The translations under genes and the position numbers were made by a program. A model generated the notes under the pieces. That model was not told the origin of the DNA. It searched no databases and worked only from the letters and a program-made list of their open reading frames with translations. This document shows positions 18,885 through 28,298 of a stretch of DNA of 64,000 bases, one piece after another (position 1 is the stretch's first letter; each line of letters starts with the position of its first letter). Origin of the DNA: Polyangiales bacterium (lineage in GTDB: Bacteria; Myxococcota_A; Polyangia; Polyangiales; Polyangiaceae); assembly GCA_038231275.1 (NCBI GenBank), contig JBBRLQ010000002.1, forward strand, positions 384,001 to 448,000. Reading direction: 5' to 3'.

Positions 18885-20390
18885 ATGCGCGTCGCCAACC
18901 GTCTCGTCCTCGTGTCCACGATTGTTGCGTCGGGAGTTCTCAGCGTCGTCGGTTGTTCCAGCGGCAACAAGGAAGACACCGGCTCGAATTCGGATCCCGG
19001 CGCGACCGCCGAAGCCCTGTCGACGACCGACGTCATCACGACGAACTACATGCCGCTCCGCAAGGGCAACGCCGTCCGCAAGGCGCGTCCGCGTTCGACG
19101 GCGAGCGCCAGCGACCTGACCTACCGCGGCGGCCCGCTCATCCAGAACGGCAAGGTCTACACCGTGTTCTGGGGCGCCAACGTCGCCGCCGATCAGGCGA
19201 AGCTCGGGACGTTCTTCCAGACCGTCGGCCAAAGCGCCTACATGGACTGGCTGAAGGAGTACTCGACCAACGGCATGAACATCGGCCGCTCGACCTTCGC
19301 GGGAACGTTCGTCGATACGTCGTCGAACGCGAAGACGACCGGCACGGTCACCAACCAGCAGATCGGCCAGGAGCTCGAGCGCCTCATCACGACCGGCGCC
19401 GTCGCGGCCCCCGACAACGACTCGCTCTACATGTTCTACTTCCCGCCGGGGCTCTCGATCGACCTCGACGGCCAGGCGACCAGCTGCGTCCAGTTCTGCG
19501 CGTACCACTACACGTACACGCGCTCGAACGGCCAGAACGTCATGTACGGCGTCATGCCGGACCTCTCGACGGGCGGCTGCGCGCAGGGCTGCGGCGCCAA
19601 CCCCAGCGTCTTCGACAACCTCACCGAGGTCTCGTCGCACGAGTGGATCGAAGCGACGACGGATCCCGCGGTCGGCATCAACGTGCTGTCTTGGTACAAC
19701 GACAGCCAGGGTGAGATCGGCGACATCTGCGTCGGCCAGGCCGCGACGGTGAGCGGCTTCGTCGTGCAGAAGGAGTGGTCGAACAAGAACGGCGCGTGCA
19801 TCGCGACCGATCCGGGCGGCGGCGGCTCCAGCAGCTCGGGCGGCTCGTCCTCCGGCGGTTCGTCCTCGGGCGGCAGCAGCTCCGGTGGTTCGTCCTCCGG
19901 CGGCAGCAGCTCCGGCGGTTCATCCTCGGGCGGCTCCAGCTCCGGTGGTTCGTCCTCCGGCGGTTCGTCCTCGGGCGGCAGCAGCTCCGGTGGTTCGTCC
20001 TCGGGCGGCTCCAGCTCCGGCGGCTCGTCGTCGGGCGGCAGCAGCTCGGGCGGCGGTGGCTGCACGGGCGACAGCGAGTTCGAGCCCAACGACAGCGCGT
20101 GGGATGCGGACTACCTGGCGACGTCGCTCTGCGGCGACCTCGATCCGGTCGGCGACAAGGACGACTCGTTCTTCCAGCTGAGCGGCACGCAGAACTACGA
20201 CATCGTCCTTTCGCCGAGCGGCGACGCGACGCTCAGGGTCTACAAGCAGACGGCGCGTGGCAGCTGGGGCCGCGTGCAGAACACGACGCCGACCGAGGTG
20301 AAGCACCGCGCGAACGGCGGCGGCACGTACCTCGTGGTCGTCTCCTCTCCTTCGAAGTCGACGCAGTCGTACACCGTCACGCGTAACTAA
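18885..20390 (+). CDS. Secreted lipoprotein: Phi-1/EXORDIUM-like domain, (GGSSS)n linker, PPC-like C-terminal domain
   Basis: YRGGP, FCAYH, SHEWIEATTDP, GEIGDIC and VQKEWSN motifs; EFEPND begins the C-terminal domain. Confidence 0.7.
   Translation: MRVANRLVLVSTIVASGVLSVVGCSSGNKEDTGSNSDPGATAEALSTTDVITTNYMPLRKGNAVRKARPRSTASASDLTYRGGPLIQNGKVYTVFWGANVAADQAKLGTFFQTVGQSAYMDWLKEYSTNGMNIGRSTFAGTFVDTSSNAKTTGTVTNQQIGQELERLITTGAVAAPDNDSLYMFYFPPGLSIDLDGQATSCVQFCAYHYTYTRSNGQNVMYGVMPDLSTGGCAQGCGANPSVFDNLTEVSSHEWIEATTDPAVGINVLSWYNDSQGEIGDICVGQAATVSGFVVQKEWSNKNGACIATDPGGGGSSSSGGSSSGGSSSGGSSSGGSSSGGSSSGGSSSGGSSSGGSSSGGSSSGGSSSGGSSSGGSSSGGSSSGGSSSGGGGCTGDSEFEPNDSAWDADYLATSLCGDLDPVGDKDDSFFQLSGTQNYDIVLSPSGDATLRVYKQTARGSWGRVQNTTPTEVKHRANGGGTYLVVVSSPSKSTQSYTVTRN
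19821..20058 (+). repeat. 15-nt degenerate tandem repeat encoding about 15 GGSSS units
   Basis: Directly visible; synonymous codons vary between units. Confidence 0.9.
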
Positions 20391-20478
20391 CCGGCGACCA
20401 GCGTTATGAGCGGAGCTCGTGATCGAGGATCACGGGCTCCGTTTCGTTTTTGTGAGATTTCTGCGCTAAGAGAGAGGC

Positions 20479-21609
20479 GTGAAGGGCTCGCGGGTCGTCG
20501 TTGCCATGAGCGGTGGGGTGGACTCCGCTGTCGCCGCGGCGCGCCTGCACGCGGAGGGGCACGAGGTGGTCGGCGTGACGCTGCACCTCTGGGACTACCC
20601 CCACGACCCGGACGCGAAGGGCGGGCACGGTCGCTGCTGCGCGCCCGAGGATCAGTACGACGCGCGACGCACTGCCGATCGCCTCGGCTTCGCGCACTAC
20701 ACGTTCGATCGCCGCGCGCTTTTCGAGGAGAAGGTCGTCGCGCCGTTCGTCGACGCGTACCTGAGCGGCCAGACGCCGAGCCCGTGCACCACCTGCAACC
20801 GCGGCGTGAAGCTCGGCGAGCTCTTCAAGATCGCCGATCGCCTCGGCGCGCGATCGGTCGCCACCGGCCACTACGCGCGCATCGTGCGCGACGACGCGGG
20901 CCTCGCCTGGCTGGCCGAAGGGCGCGATGGCAACAAGGACCAGAGCTACTTCCTCTACGCGACGCCTCCCGAGCAGCTCGCGCGCCTCGTCTTCCCGCTC
21001 GGCGAGAGCTCCAAGGCGGAGGTGCGCGCCGAGGCAGTCTCGAGAGACCTCCCGGGCGCGACCAAGGGCGAGAGCCAGGAGCTCTGCTTCGTGGGCGCGG
21101 GCAAGGGCGCGTACGTCGACTTCGTGCAAAAGCGCGCAGATGCGGAGCGAATCAGGCCCGGCGCGATCGTCGACGACTCGGGTCGCGTGGTCGGCGCGCA
21201 CGAGGGCGTGCACCGCTTCACAGTCGGACAGAGGAAGGGGCTCGGCGTCGCGCTCGGCACGCCGGCGTTCGTCACCGAGGTCGACGCGGCGTCCGGCACC
21301 GTGCGCCTCGGCCCCGAGGATCGCCTGCTCGCGGACGGCGCGGAACTCGACGATCTCGTCCTCGCGCGCGGCGTCACGCTGCCGGCGCGCGCGAGGGTGC
21401 GCATTCGCTATCGTCACGGCGGAGCGCTCGGGAACGTCGTGGCCGCGGACGGCGACCAACGCGCGATCGTTCGTTTCGACGCCCCGGTGCGCGCGGTCAC
21501 GCCAGGTCAGATCGCCGTGCTCTACGACGGCGATCGCGTCCTCGGCGGCGGTCGCATCGCCGCGGCCATCGCGAAGACGACGCGAGCAGTGCTACCCTTG
21601 GTCGTGTGA
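20479..21609 (+). CDS. mnmA: tRNA 2-thiouridine(34) synthase MnmA
   Basis: MSGGVDS, TPSPCTTCN, ATGHYAR, KDQSYFL, ESQELCF and TVGQRKGLG motifs. Confidence 0.95.
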   Translation: MKGSRVVVAMSGGVDSAVAAARLHAEGHEVVGVTLHLWDYPHDPDAKGGHGRCCAPEDQYDARRTADRLGFAHYTFDRRALFEEKVVAPFVDAYLSGQTPSPCTTCNRGVKLGELFKIADRLGARSVATGHYARIVRDDAGLAWLAEGRDGNKDQSYFLYATPPEQLARLVFPLGESSKAEVRAEAVSRDLPGATKGESQELCFVGAGKGAYVDFVQKRADAERIRPGAIVDDSGRVVGAHEGVHRFTVGQRKGLGVALGTPAFVTEVDAASGTVRLGPEDRLLADGAELDDLVLARGVTLPARARVRIRYRHGGALGNVVAADGDQRAIVRFDAPVRAVTPGQIAVLYDGDRVLGGGRIAAAIAKTTRAVLPLVV

Positions 21610-22493
21610 AGACGACGATCGGCCGCGCGCTCCGGAGGCGCTCCGCCGTCGCGTGCGCCACGCTGGCGCTCGCGGCGATCGGCTTCGCGTCGCTCGCGCC
21701 CGCCTGCTCTCTCTCCGACGGACAGGGCAACGTGACGGGCACCCTCAACGTGCCGGCGTGCTGGTCCGGCAAGTTCGAGCTCAGACCCGATTTCTTCGCC
21801 GGCGTTCCGTACAGGAAAACGCTGCAGCTCCGCATCCAGAGCGGCGGCGACTTCGAGAGCTTCAGCGACGGCATCTCGATTTTGATCGACGACGTCGCGC
21901 AAATCCGCGGCGCCGACGACAGCTCGCGGCCGAGCCTCTACGGTGTACCGCTCGTCGTCTCGCTGGCGCCCGGCGTCGTCCCGCCCGGCGTGCCTATCCC
22001 CGCCGTCGCGTCACCGGCGAGCGTTCATTTCGCGCTCTACCTTCAGCGCACGTGCCACACGCAAGACGTCGCGCTCTACGCGCTCGATCGCGTGACCGTG
22101 AACGCCGACGGCACGTGCGACGCCGTCGACGGGAGCACCGATCCGCTCGCCTGCTCGGCGATCCAACCTGCGCCCGTCACCGACGGCGGCGCGGAAGGCG
22201 GGAGCGACAGCGGCGCACCCGACGCGACCGTCCCCGTCCCCGACGCCGGAGCTCCCGTCTCGGCGCCGAACGTCCGCGGCAGCACCATCACCTTTACGAG
22301 CCTCTTCGACGGCAACCCGGACGAAGACATCGCCGCGAAGCGCCTCAACGAAGGCAGCTTCGACGTCTACCTCGCCGATCCCCGCGACGTCTGCCCCGGC
22401 GGCCTCGGTCCGCCACCGCGCTGCAGAGGTCACCTCACGGGCAGCTTCAAGTTCTACTTCCAGCGAGGAAGGCCGGCGCAGCCGTTCCCTTGA
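21606..22493 (+). CDS. Hypothetical lipoprotein
   Basis: GTGA overlap with mnmA; signal peptide with lipobox LAPAC. Confidence 0.65.
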   Translation: MKTTIGRALRRRSAVACATLALAAIGFASLAPACSLSDGQGNVTGTLNVPACWSGKFELRPDFFAGVPYRKTLQLRIQSGGDFESFSDGISILIDDVAQIRGADDSSRPSLYGVPLVVSLAPGVVPPGVPIPAVASPASVHFALYLQRTCHTQDVALYALDRVTVNADGTCDAVDGSTDPLACSAIQPAPVTDGGAEGGSDSGAPDATVPVPDAGAPVSAPNVRGSTITFTSLFDGNPDEDIAAKRLNEGSFDVYLADPRDVCPGGLGPPPRCRGHLTGSFKFYFQRGRPAQPFP

Positions 22494-22690
22494 GCGCTGC
22501 GCGCTCGAGGGAACTTCCTTTGTGGTGTGGACCTGCGGTCCCCTCAGGCGCGGAGCACCTGAGCCTCCCCTGCGTCGCCTGCGGCGAGGCGCTTCGCGCG
22601 GGGGGGGGAAAAGGAGGGGTTACTGGTAGGTTTTGGGGGTGCGGGCGGCTTGCGTGAGGGGGGGGAGGTCGATACCCTGTCCATCTAGCC

Positions 22691-23644
22691 GTGCGAAGCC
22701 ACCCGCAGTTTCATGCCCTCCGTTGGGCATGCGCAGCCGCGCTCGCCGTCCATTTTGTGACGGCGGCGGTTCCGGCGCGCGCGGAGACGGCGGCGGCACC
22801 TGGAGCGGAGACGCTCGGGCGCGCGCGAGAGGCGTGGGACAAGGGGGACTTCGACTCCGCCGAGCCTCTCTATAAGGAGGCGCTGGACCGCGGCGGTCTG
22901 CCTGCAAAAGACTCGCTCGACTGTTATGTGCACCTCGGGGCGGCGCGCGCCGTGATGGGGCGCAAGCGTGACGCGCTCGTCGCGTTTCGGCGCGCTGCGC
23001 TGATGGACCCGCGCTTCGTCGTGCCCGGCGAGGCCGGCAAGAAGGCCGTGCACCTCGCGAACCAGGCGCGTCGCGAAGAAGCGAAGATCGGTCCGTTCCA
23101 ACTGAGGACCGACGTGCCGGAGCAGGTGCCCTCGCAGAAGCCGTTCCGCGTCTCGGCCTCGATGGACGCGACGCACACCGCGCTCGTCACGAAAATCGGC
23201 GTTTTTGCGCGCGATCCGGCGAGCGACAAGAGCTTCGAGAAGAGTGACGTCGCGGCGACGACCCTCGCGTGGGATCTGCCGGCGAACGTCGCCGTGCCAA
23301 ACGCGACGTTGACCGTACGCGTCGACGCGCTCGACGCGCACGACAATCGCCTCGTGAGCGTCGAGAAGAAGGTGCGCGTCGGTCCAGGCGCCGAGCCGAT
23401 CGCCGTGGTGCCGGTGCCTTCGCCGTCCGCGACCACCGTGCCGGGCCCCGCGGCCGCCGTGCAGCCGAACCCCAAGGAGCTCGACAAGGACAAGGGACAG
23501 AAAAAAGGCGGCGGCTTCTGGGCGTCGCCTTGGCCCTACGTGATCGGCGGCGTCGCGCTGGCTGCAGGCGGTGCAGCGGTTTACCTCGGCACGCGGCCGA
23601 CCGACGACGCGAGCGTCGGCGCCGCGAACGTGCGGGTGAGGTGA
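22691..23644 (+). CDS. Secreted TPR-containing protein with C-terminal membrane anchor
   Basis: Signal peptide, TPR-like helices, FWASPWPYVIGGVALAAG anchor. Confidence 0.7.
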   Translation: MRSHPQFHALRWACAAALAVHFVTAAVPARAETAAAPGAETLGRAREAWDKGDFDSAEPLYKEALDRGGLPAKDSLDCYVHLGAARAVMGRKRDALVAFRRAALMDPRFVVPGEAGKKAVHLANQARREEAKIGPFQLRTDVPEQVPSQKPFRVSASMDATHTALVTKIGVFARDPASDKSFEKSDVAATTLAWDLPANVAVPNATLTVRVDALDAHDNRLVSVEKKVRVGPGAEPIAVVPVPSPSATTVPGPAAAVQPNPKELDKDKGQKKGGGFWASPWPYVIGGVALAAGGAAVYLGTRPTDDASVGAANVRVR

Positions 23645-23645
23645 G

Positions 23646-26510
23646 ATGACGCAGGATCGCGCGCGGGGAGAGAATCAAGGCGGCATGGGCGCGAGCGTCA
23701 GCGACGTGTCGGCGCCGATGGTCGGCCAGGGGTCCATGCCGGACATCCGCGGCGTGGGCACCTATTTCCTCGGCCGCTACCGCGTCGTCGACGAGATCGG
23801 CATCGGTGGCATGGCCAGCGTGCATCTCGCGCGCATGGACGGCCCCGGCGGCTTCCAGAAGTGGGTCGCGATCAAGCGCATCCACGCGCACCTCATCGAG
23901 GACGAGTCGTTCATCCAGATGTTCCTCGACGAGGCGCGCGTCGCCGCGAGGATCAGCCACCCGAACGTCGCGACGGTGTTCGAGCTCGGCAAGCACGAGG
24001 ACACCTACTGGATCGCGATGGAGTACCTCCACGGCGAGCCTCTCCGCGAGGTGATGCGCCGCACAGAGGAGACCGGCGCGCCGATGCCGCCCGAGATCGC
24101 GTGCCGCGTCATCGCCGACGCCGCCGAGGGCCTGCACGCTGCGCACGAGCTGCTCGGCAAGAACGGCGAGAAGCTCGGCCTCGTCCACCGCGACGTCACG
24201 CCGCACAACCTCTTCGTCACGTACGACGGCAGCACGAAGGTCGTCGACTTTGGGATCGCCAAGTTCCAGTCGCGCATGAGCAACACGCGCGCCGGCACGC
24301 TCAAGGGCAAGCTCGCGTACATGAGCCCGGAGCAGGTGCACGGCGAGGGGATCGATCGACGCACCGACATCTTCGCGCTCGGCGTCGTCTTGTGGGAGCT
24401 GACGACGGGGCAGCGCCTCTTCCGCATGGACAGCGATCTGGACACGCTCGCCAAGGTCCAGGAGTGCAACGTCCCGCGCCCCAGCACGATCGTGCGCGGG
24501 TACCCAATCGATCTCGAGAAGATCGTGATGAAGGCGCTCGCGAAGAACCGCGGCGAGCGCTTCCGCACAGCGCGCGAGTTCAGCCGCGCGCTCCAGTCGC
24601 TCCTCATGCGCCGCGGCTTGTTCATCGCGTCGGATGAAGTTGCAAACTACATCCAATCGATCTTCCAGGACCGCATCCAGAAGCGCGAGGCCCACCTCCG
24701 CTGGGCCGCGGACGTCACGCAGACAATCAACGTCGAGGGCATGCTCGGCAAGCCGAAGCTCCCTGGCGAGGGCTCGCTCGTGACCTTCAACTCGGAGGTG
24801 CAGGCGGCACTGCCTCAGCAAGGGCGCAACCTCCCGCCGCGTCCTGCCGCAGGAGCTCCGCCGCCCACCGTCGCCGCGCGCGCGGTGCGTCCGCCGCTCG
24901 CGAGCACGCAAGAGAGCGCGTCCGGGCCTACGGCGCCGCGACCGACGGCGACGGGCCTCGGTCCGCCGCTCGCGACTGCGCGTCCGCCAGCGATGGGACC
25001 GGGCGCGCCGCCGCCGCCGGTCCCACCGAGCCAGGTCGTGCCGGCGCCGCCCGACTCGGGCGAGATGGACGACGGACCGACCATCCAGGCGCCGCCGGGG
25101 ATGAACCCCGTCGGAATGGATCTCGGCCGCACCGTGCCGGTCACGGGTCGCGACGATCCGCCGACGATGCAGGTGCCCGGCGCGCGCGCCGCCATGATCG
25201 CGGCGATGGTCGCGGAAGAGGCCGCGGCCTCCGGCGGCGTGCCGGTGATGGATCACGACGACGACGACCAGGACGACACGATCGTCCAGACCACGCGCGT
25301 CGACCCCTCCGCGAACCGCGCCGCTGCGCTCGCCGCTGGAAGGCCCGCGCCGATCCCTGCTGCCGGAAGGCCCGCGCCGATCCCCGCCGCCGGAAGGCCC
25401 GCCGATCAGACGATCGGGCTCGGCACCAAGCCCCCGGAGCCATACAACGCGCGCCCCTCGAACCGGGCGATCCCGAGGCAGATCCCGCAAGGGATGCCTC
25501 CGCCGCCGATCATGCAGCACCCGGACTTCAGCGGGCAGGGCATGGCGCCGCCGCCGCAGCAGCAGCAGATGCAGCAGATGCAGCAGCAGCAAATGCAGCA
25601 CCAGCAGCAAATGCAGCACCAGCAAATGCAGCAGCAGCAAATGCAGCAGCAGCAAATGCAGCACCACGTTCATCCGGCCTTCCGGACCGACGAAAACCAG
25701 GGGCCGTCGCTCGCGCCGCCGCGCCTCTTCGCGCCGCCGCAGCCTGGTCGCGACAACCGCACGGTGACGGCGCAGTCGTACAAGCGTCGGCCGCCGGCGT
25801 GGATCGTCGCGCTGGGATCGGCCGCGGCGGTGCTGCTGCTCGCGGCGATCGTGATCGGGATCGTGACGACACGAAAGCCCACCGCCGGCGGCGATCCGTC
25901 GGCCCCCTCGGGGACGGCGCCTTCCGCGAGCGGACTCGCGCTGTCGCCCACCTCGGGGACGCCGACGCCGAGCGCGTCGCCCACAGCGCCGCCGGGAGGA
26001 ATGGGGCCGTTCACCGCCGCGCGTGCGGCGTTCGCGACCGCGATCGGGCCGCAGCCCGGCGCGCAAGCGGTGCCGACGCCCGCGACGACCGATACCGTCG
26101 CCGCCGTCGCGACGACCGCGGCGCCGCCGCCGCCGCCGCCCCCGGCGACGACCGCGGCGCCCCCGCCTCCGCCTCCTCCCCCGCCGCCCACCGCCGCGAC
26201 GACGACGCCGACCGTGCGGCCGACGCCCCCGTCGCCAACCCCGGCGCCCGCGCCGCCGCCGATCACGACCGGGAAAAATCCGGCGGGGCCGACGGGCACC
26301 GGCGTGCTGACGGTCATATGCTTCCCGGCGTGCGATCACGTCTTCGACAACGGGCGCGACCTCGGCGCGTCGCCCGTCTGGCAGAAGCAGGTTCAGGCGG
26401 GCGAGCATCGCCTGAAGCTGACGACCGCGAACCCCCCGGCCACCAAGATCTTGAGCGTCATCGTCGCGGCCGACGAGCTCAAGGTGATCAAGCAACCGAT
26501 GACCCAATGA
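23646..26510 (+). CDS. Membrane Ser/Thr protein kinase (Hanks type) with Pro/Gln-rich linker and C-terminal PEGA-like domain
   Basis: IGIGGMASV, VAIK, HRDVTPHN, DFGIAK and YMSPEQ motifs; TM helix. Confidence 0.93.
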   Translation: MTQDRARGENQGGMGASVSDVSAPMVGQGSMPDIRGVGTYFLGRYRVVDEIGIGGMASVHLARMDGPGGFQKWVAIKRIHAHLIEDESFIQMFLDEARVAARISHPNVATVFELGKHEDTYWIAMEYLHGEPLREVMRRTEETGAPMPPEIACRVIADAAEGLHAAHELLGKNGEKLGLVHRDVTPHNLFVTYDGSTKVVDFGIAKFQSRMSNTRAGTLKGKLAYMSPEQVHGEGIDRRTDIFALGVVLWELTTGQRLFRMDSDLDTLAKVQECNVPRPSTIVRGYPIDLEKIVMKALAKNRGERFRTAREFSRALQSLLMRRGLFIASDEVANYIQSIFQDRIQKREAHLRWAADVTQTINVEGMLGKPKLPGEGSLVTFNSEVQAALPQQGRNLPPRPAAGAPPPTVAARAVRPPLASTQESASGPTAPRPTATGLGPPLATARPPAMGPGAPPPPVPPSQVVPAPPDSGEMDDGPTIQAPPGMNPVGMDLGRTVPVTGRDDPPTMQVPGARAAMIAAMVAEEAAASGGVPVMDHDDDDQDDTIVQTTRVDPSANRAAALAAGRPAPIPAAGRPAPIPAAGRPADQTIGLGTKPPEPYNARPSNRAIPRQIPQGMPPPPIMQHPDFSGQGMAPPPQQQQMQQMQQQQMQHQQQMQHQQMQQQQMQQQQMQHHVHPAFRTDENQGPSLAPPRLFAPPQPGRDNRTVTAQSYKRRPPAWIVALGSAAAVLLLAAIVIGIVTTRKPTAGGDPSAPSGTAPSASGLALSPTSGTPTPSASPTAPPGGMGPFTAARAAFATAIGPQPGAQAVPTPATTDTVAAVATTAAPPPPPPPATTAAPPPPPPPPPPTAATTTPTVRPTPPSPTPAPAPPPITTGKNPAGPTGTGVLTVICFPACDHVFDNGRDLGASPVWQKQVQAGEHRLKLTTANPPATKILSVIVAADELKVIKQPMTQ
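25332..25403 (+). repeat. 27-nt tandem repeat (about 2.7 copies, AAGRPAPIP)
   Basis: Directly visible. Confidence 0.85.
25557..25667 (+). repeat. CAG/CAA-ATG repeat encoding a poly-Q/M/H tract
   Basis: QQQQMQQMQQQQMQHQQQMQHQQMQQQQMQQQQMQHH. Confidence 0.9.
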
Positions 26511-28285
26511 CGTGGCGCGGCGCCTCCCGCGTGGGGCTCGCCGTGGCGGTGCTGGCCGCGTGCCACGCCGTCGCCGCGTGCCGCAAGAAACCGAACGTCG
26601 GCGTGGTTGTCGACGTCCCGAGCAGCATCGCGGACGCGACCAAGTGGGTCGAGATCGGCGCGTTCGGCGGGACGTCGTGCAACGCGCTGGCGTCGCTCCT
26701 CCCAGGCGGCATCCCGCCCGAAGGCGCAGCCGCACGCGTCGCGTTCGAGCCGGGCAAGTCGTCACCCGCGCTCGGCGATCTGCCGAAGGCGAAGTACGCG
26801 TTCGCTGCCGTCGGCAAGGACGTCAACTGCGGCGTCATCGCGATCGGGTGCCGCGACGTGGACATCGGCGTGGAGACGACGGTCGACATTCCACTTCAAG
26901 CGGCGCAGGGCGCGGGTCCCTGCCCCGCCGGCGCGAGCTGCCTCCAGGCGCGCTGCGTGGCGGGTGCGAACAACGGCGATCCGGCGCTCGGCGCCGACTG
27001 CTCGCTCGAGCTCGTCGGCGCCGGTCCCCTCGGCGATCCGCTCGTCGCGGCAGGCGGCAACGTGAGCTCGCCGGCGATCGCCGCCACCGCCACCGGATTT
27101 CTCGTCGCCTACCGCCAGTATTCGCAGTTCGACGGCGCCGTGCTCCTCAGCTTCGTCCAGATCGACAACGGCGGCGGCGCGACGCCGGGGCCTGCGACGG
27201 TGCCGCCCGATCGCTGCTCCAACGCCGACGAGTCGGACGCGCTCGGCCTCGCCTTCGCGCCCGATTTTTCCGTGGGCCTCTCGGTCCTCTCGCGAGCGCC
27301 GTGCCCGCCGAAGTTCAGCGGCATCGACTTCTTCCAGATCGATCCCACCGGATCGGTTGCGTCGAGCGGCTTCGAGGGGAAGGGCACGCCGCGGCGCATC
27401 CTGTCGACGTCGCACTCGCTGGCATACGACAAGGCGGGTAGCGATTTCTTGCTCGCGTTCGTGGAAGACAAGAAGACCGCCAACGTGGTCTTCGCGTCGG
27501 GAAATCACCTCGAAGGGGGCCGCCCTGGGATTCCATTCGGCGGCGCCGGGACGAAGACCGGCGCGTGGGTGGCCTCGAGCGACGGCGCGCGCGCGTTCCT
27601 CGCGGCGGGGACCGGCGACACGGGGTCGTTCGACGCCGGCACCGACTCCGCTCCTCCGCCCGACGCGGGCGACGACGGAGGCGAGGGCGGCATCGACGCG
27701 GCCCCTCCGCCTCCGCCGCCGCCCCCCGTCGACGGAGGCAGCACCGGCGCCACGCTGCGACTTCAGATCCTCGCCGGCGACGCGGACATGACGACGCTCG
27801 CGACGGCGCCCATCGTCGACGCGTTCCCCGCGACGTGGGGCTCGGTCGTCGCGGTCGGACAGCGCGTCATCGTCGCCAGCGACACGACGCAGGCGGGCAA
27901 GCAGGTCGCTTTCCGCATCTACGAGAGCGGCGTGCAGAAGACGTCCGACGGGATCGTGGTCGACGGTCCCGGCAAGGTCGCCTACGCCGATCTGGCGCTC
28001 GTGCAGGACCGCATGTTCTTCGCGGTCGAGAAGGTCGCGACTGCGCCGGCCCCCAGCACCATCGCCCTCTACGCGTATACGCAAGCGACCACGACGCCAG
28101 CGCTCAAGCGTCGCGTCGTCTTCAACGACGACTCGCGCATCCCGACGCTCACGGCGGTCCGCGACGGTCAGATCGCGGTGGCGGCGTCCGAGACGCGCGT
28201 GGCCGTAGTGTGGACGACCGGCAAGACACTCACCGACAAAGACGCGGTCGGCGGCTACGCGGTCTTCGCCTGTTCGGCCAAGTGA
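26507..28285 (+). CDS. Large hypothetical lipoprotein
   Basis: ATGA overlap with the kinase; lipobox VAAC; beta-rich. Confidence 0.65.
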   Translation: MTWRGASRVGLAVAVLAACHAVAACRKKPNVGVVVDVPSSIADATKWVEIGAFGGTSCNALASLLPGGIPPEGAAARVAFEPGKSSPALGDLPKAKYAFAAVGKDVNCGVIAIGCRDVDIGVETTVDIPLQAAQGAGPCPAGASCLQARCVAGANNGDPALGADCSLELVGAGPLGDPLVAAGGNVSSPAIAATATGFLVAYRQYSQFDGAVLLSFVQIDNGGGATPGPATVPPDRCSNADESDALGLAFAPDFSVGLSVLSRAPCPPKFSGIDFFQIDPTGSVASSGFEGKGTPRRILSTSHSLAYDKAGSDFLLAFVEDKKTANVVFASGNHLEGGRPGIPFGGAGTKTGAWVASSDGARAFLAAGTGDTGSFDAGTDSAPPPDAGDDGGEGGIDAAPPPPPPPPVDGGSTGATLRLQILAGDADMTTLATAPIVDAFPATWGSVVAVGQRVIVASDTTQAGKQVAFRIYESGVQKTSDGIVVDGPGKVAYADLALVQDRMFFAVEKVATAPAPSTIALYAYTQATTTPALKRRVVFNDDSRIPTLTAVRDGQIAVAASETRVAVVWTTGKTLTDKDAVGGYAVFACSAK

Positions 28286-28298
28286 CGGAGCGGCGAGC

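Noticed and set aside
19821-20058. Regular repeats considered as a CRISPR array
   Set aside because: 15-nt in-frame degenerate units with no unique spacers and no cas genes; they encode a GGSSS linker
23187-26765. 1192-aa minus-strand ORF and the many other long Arg/Ala-rich overlapping ORFs (e.g. 32897-35731, 9693-12398)
   Set aside because: Shadow ORFs from high GC and codon bias; they overlap genes with clear family motifs and have none of their own
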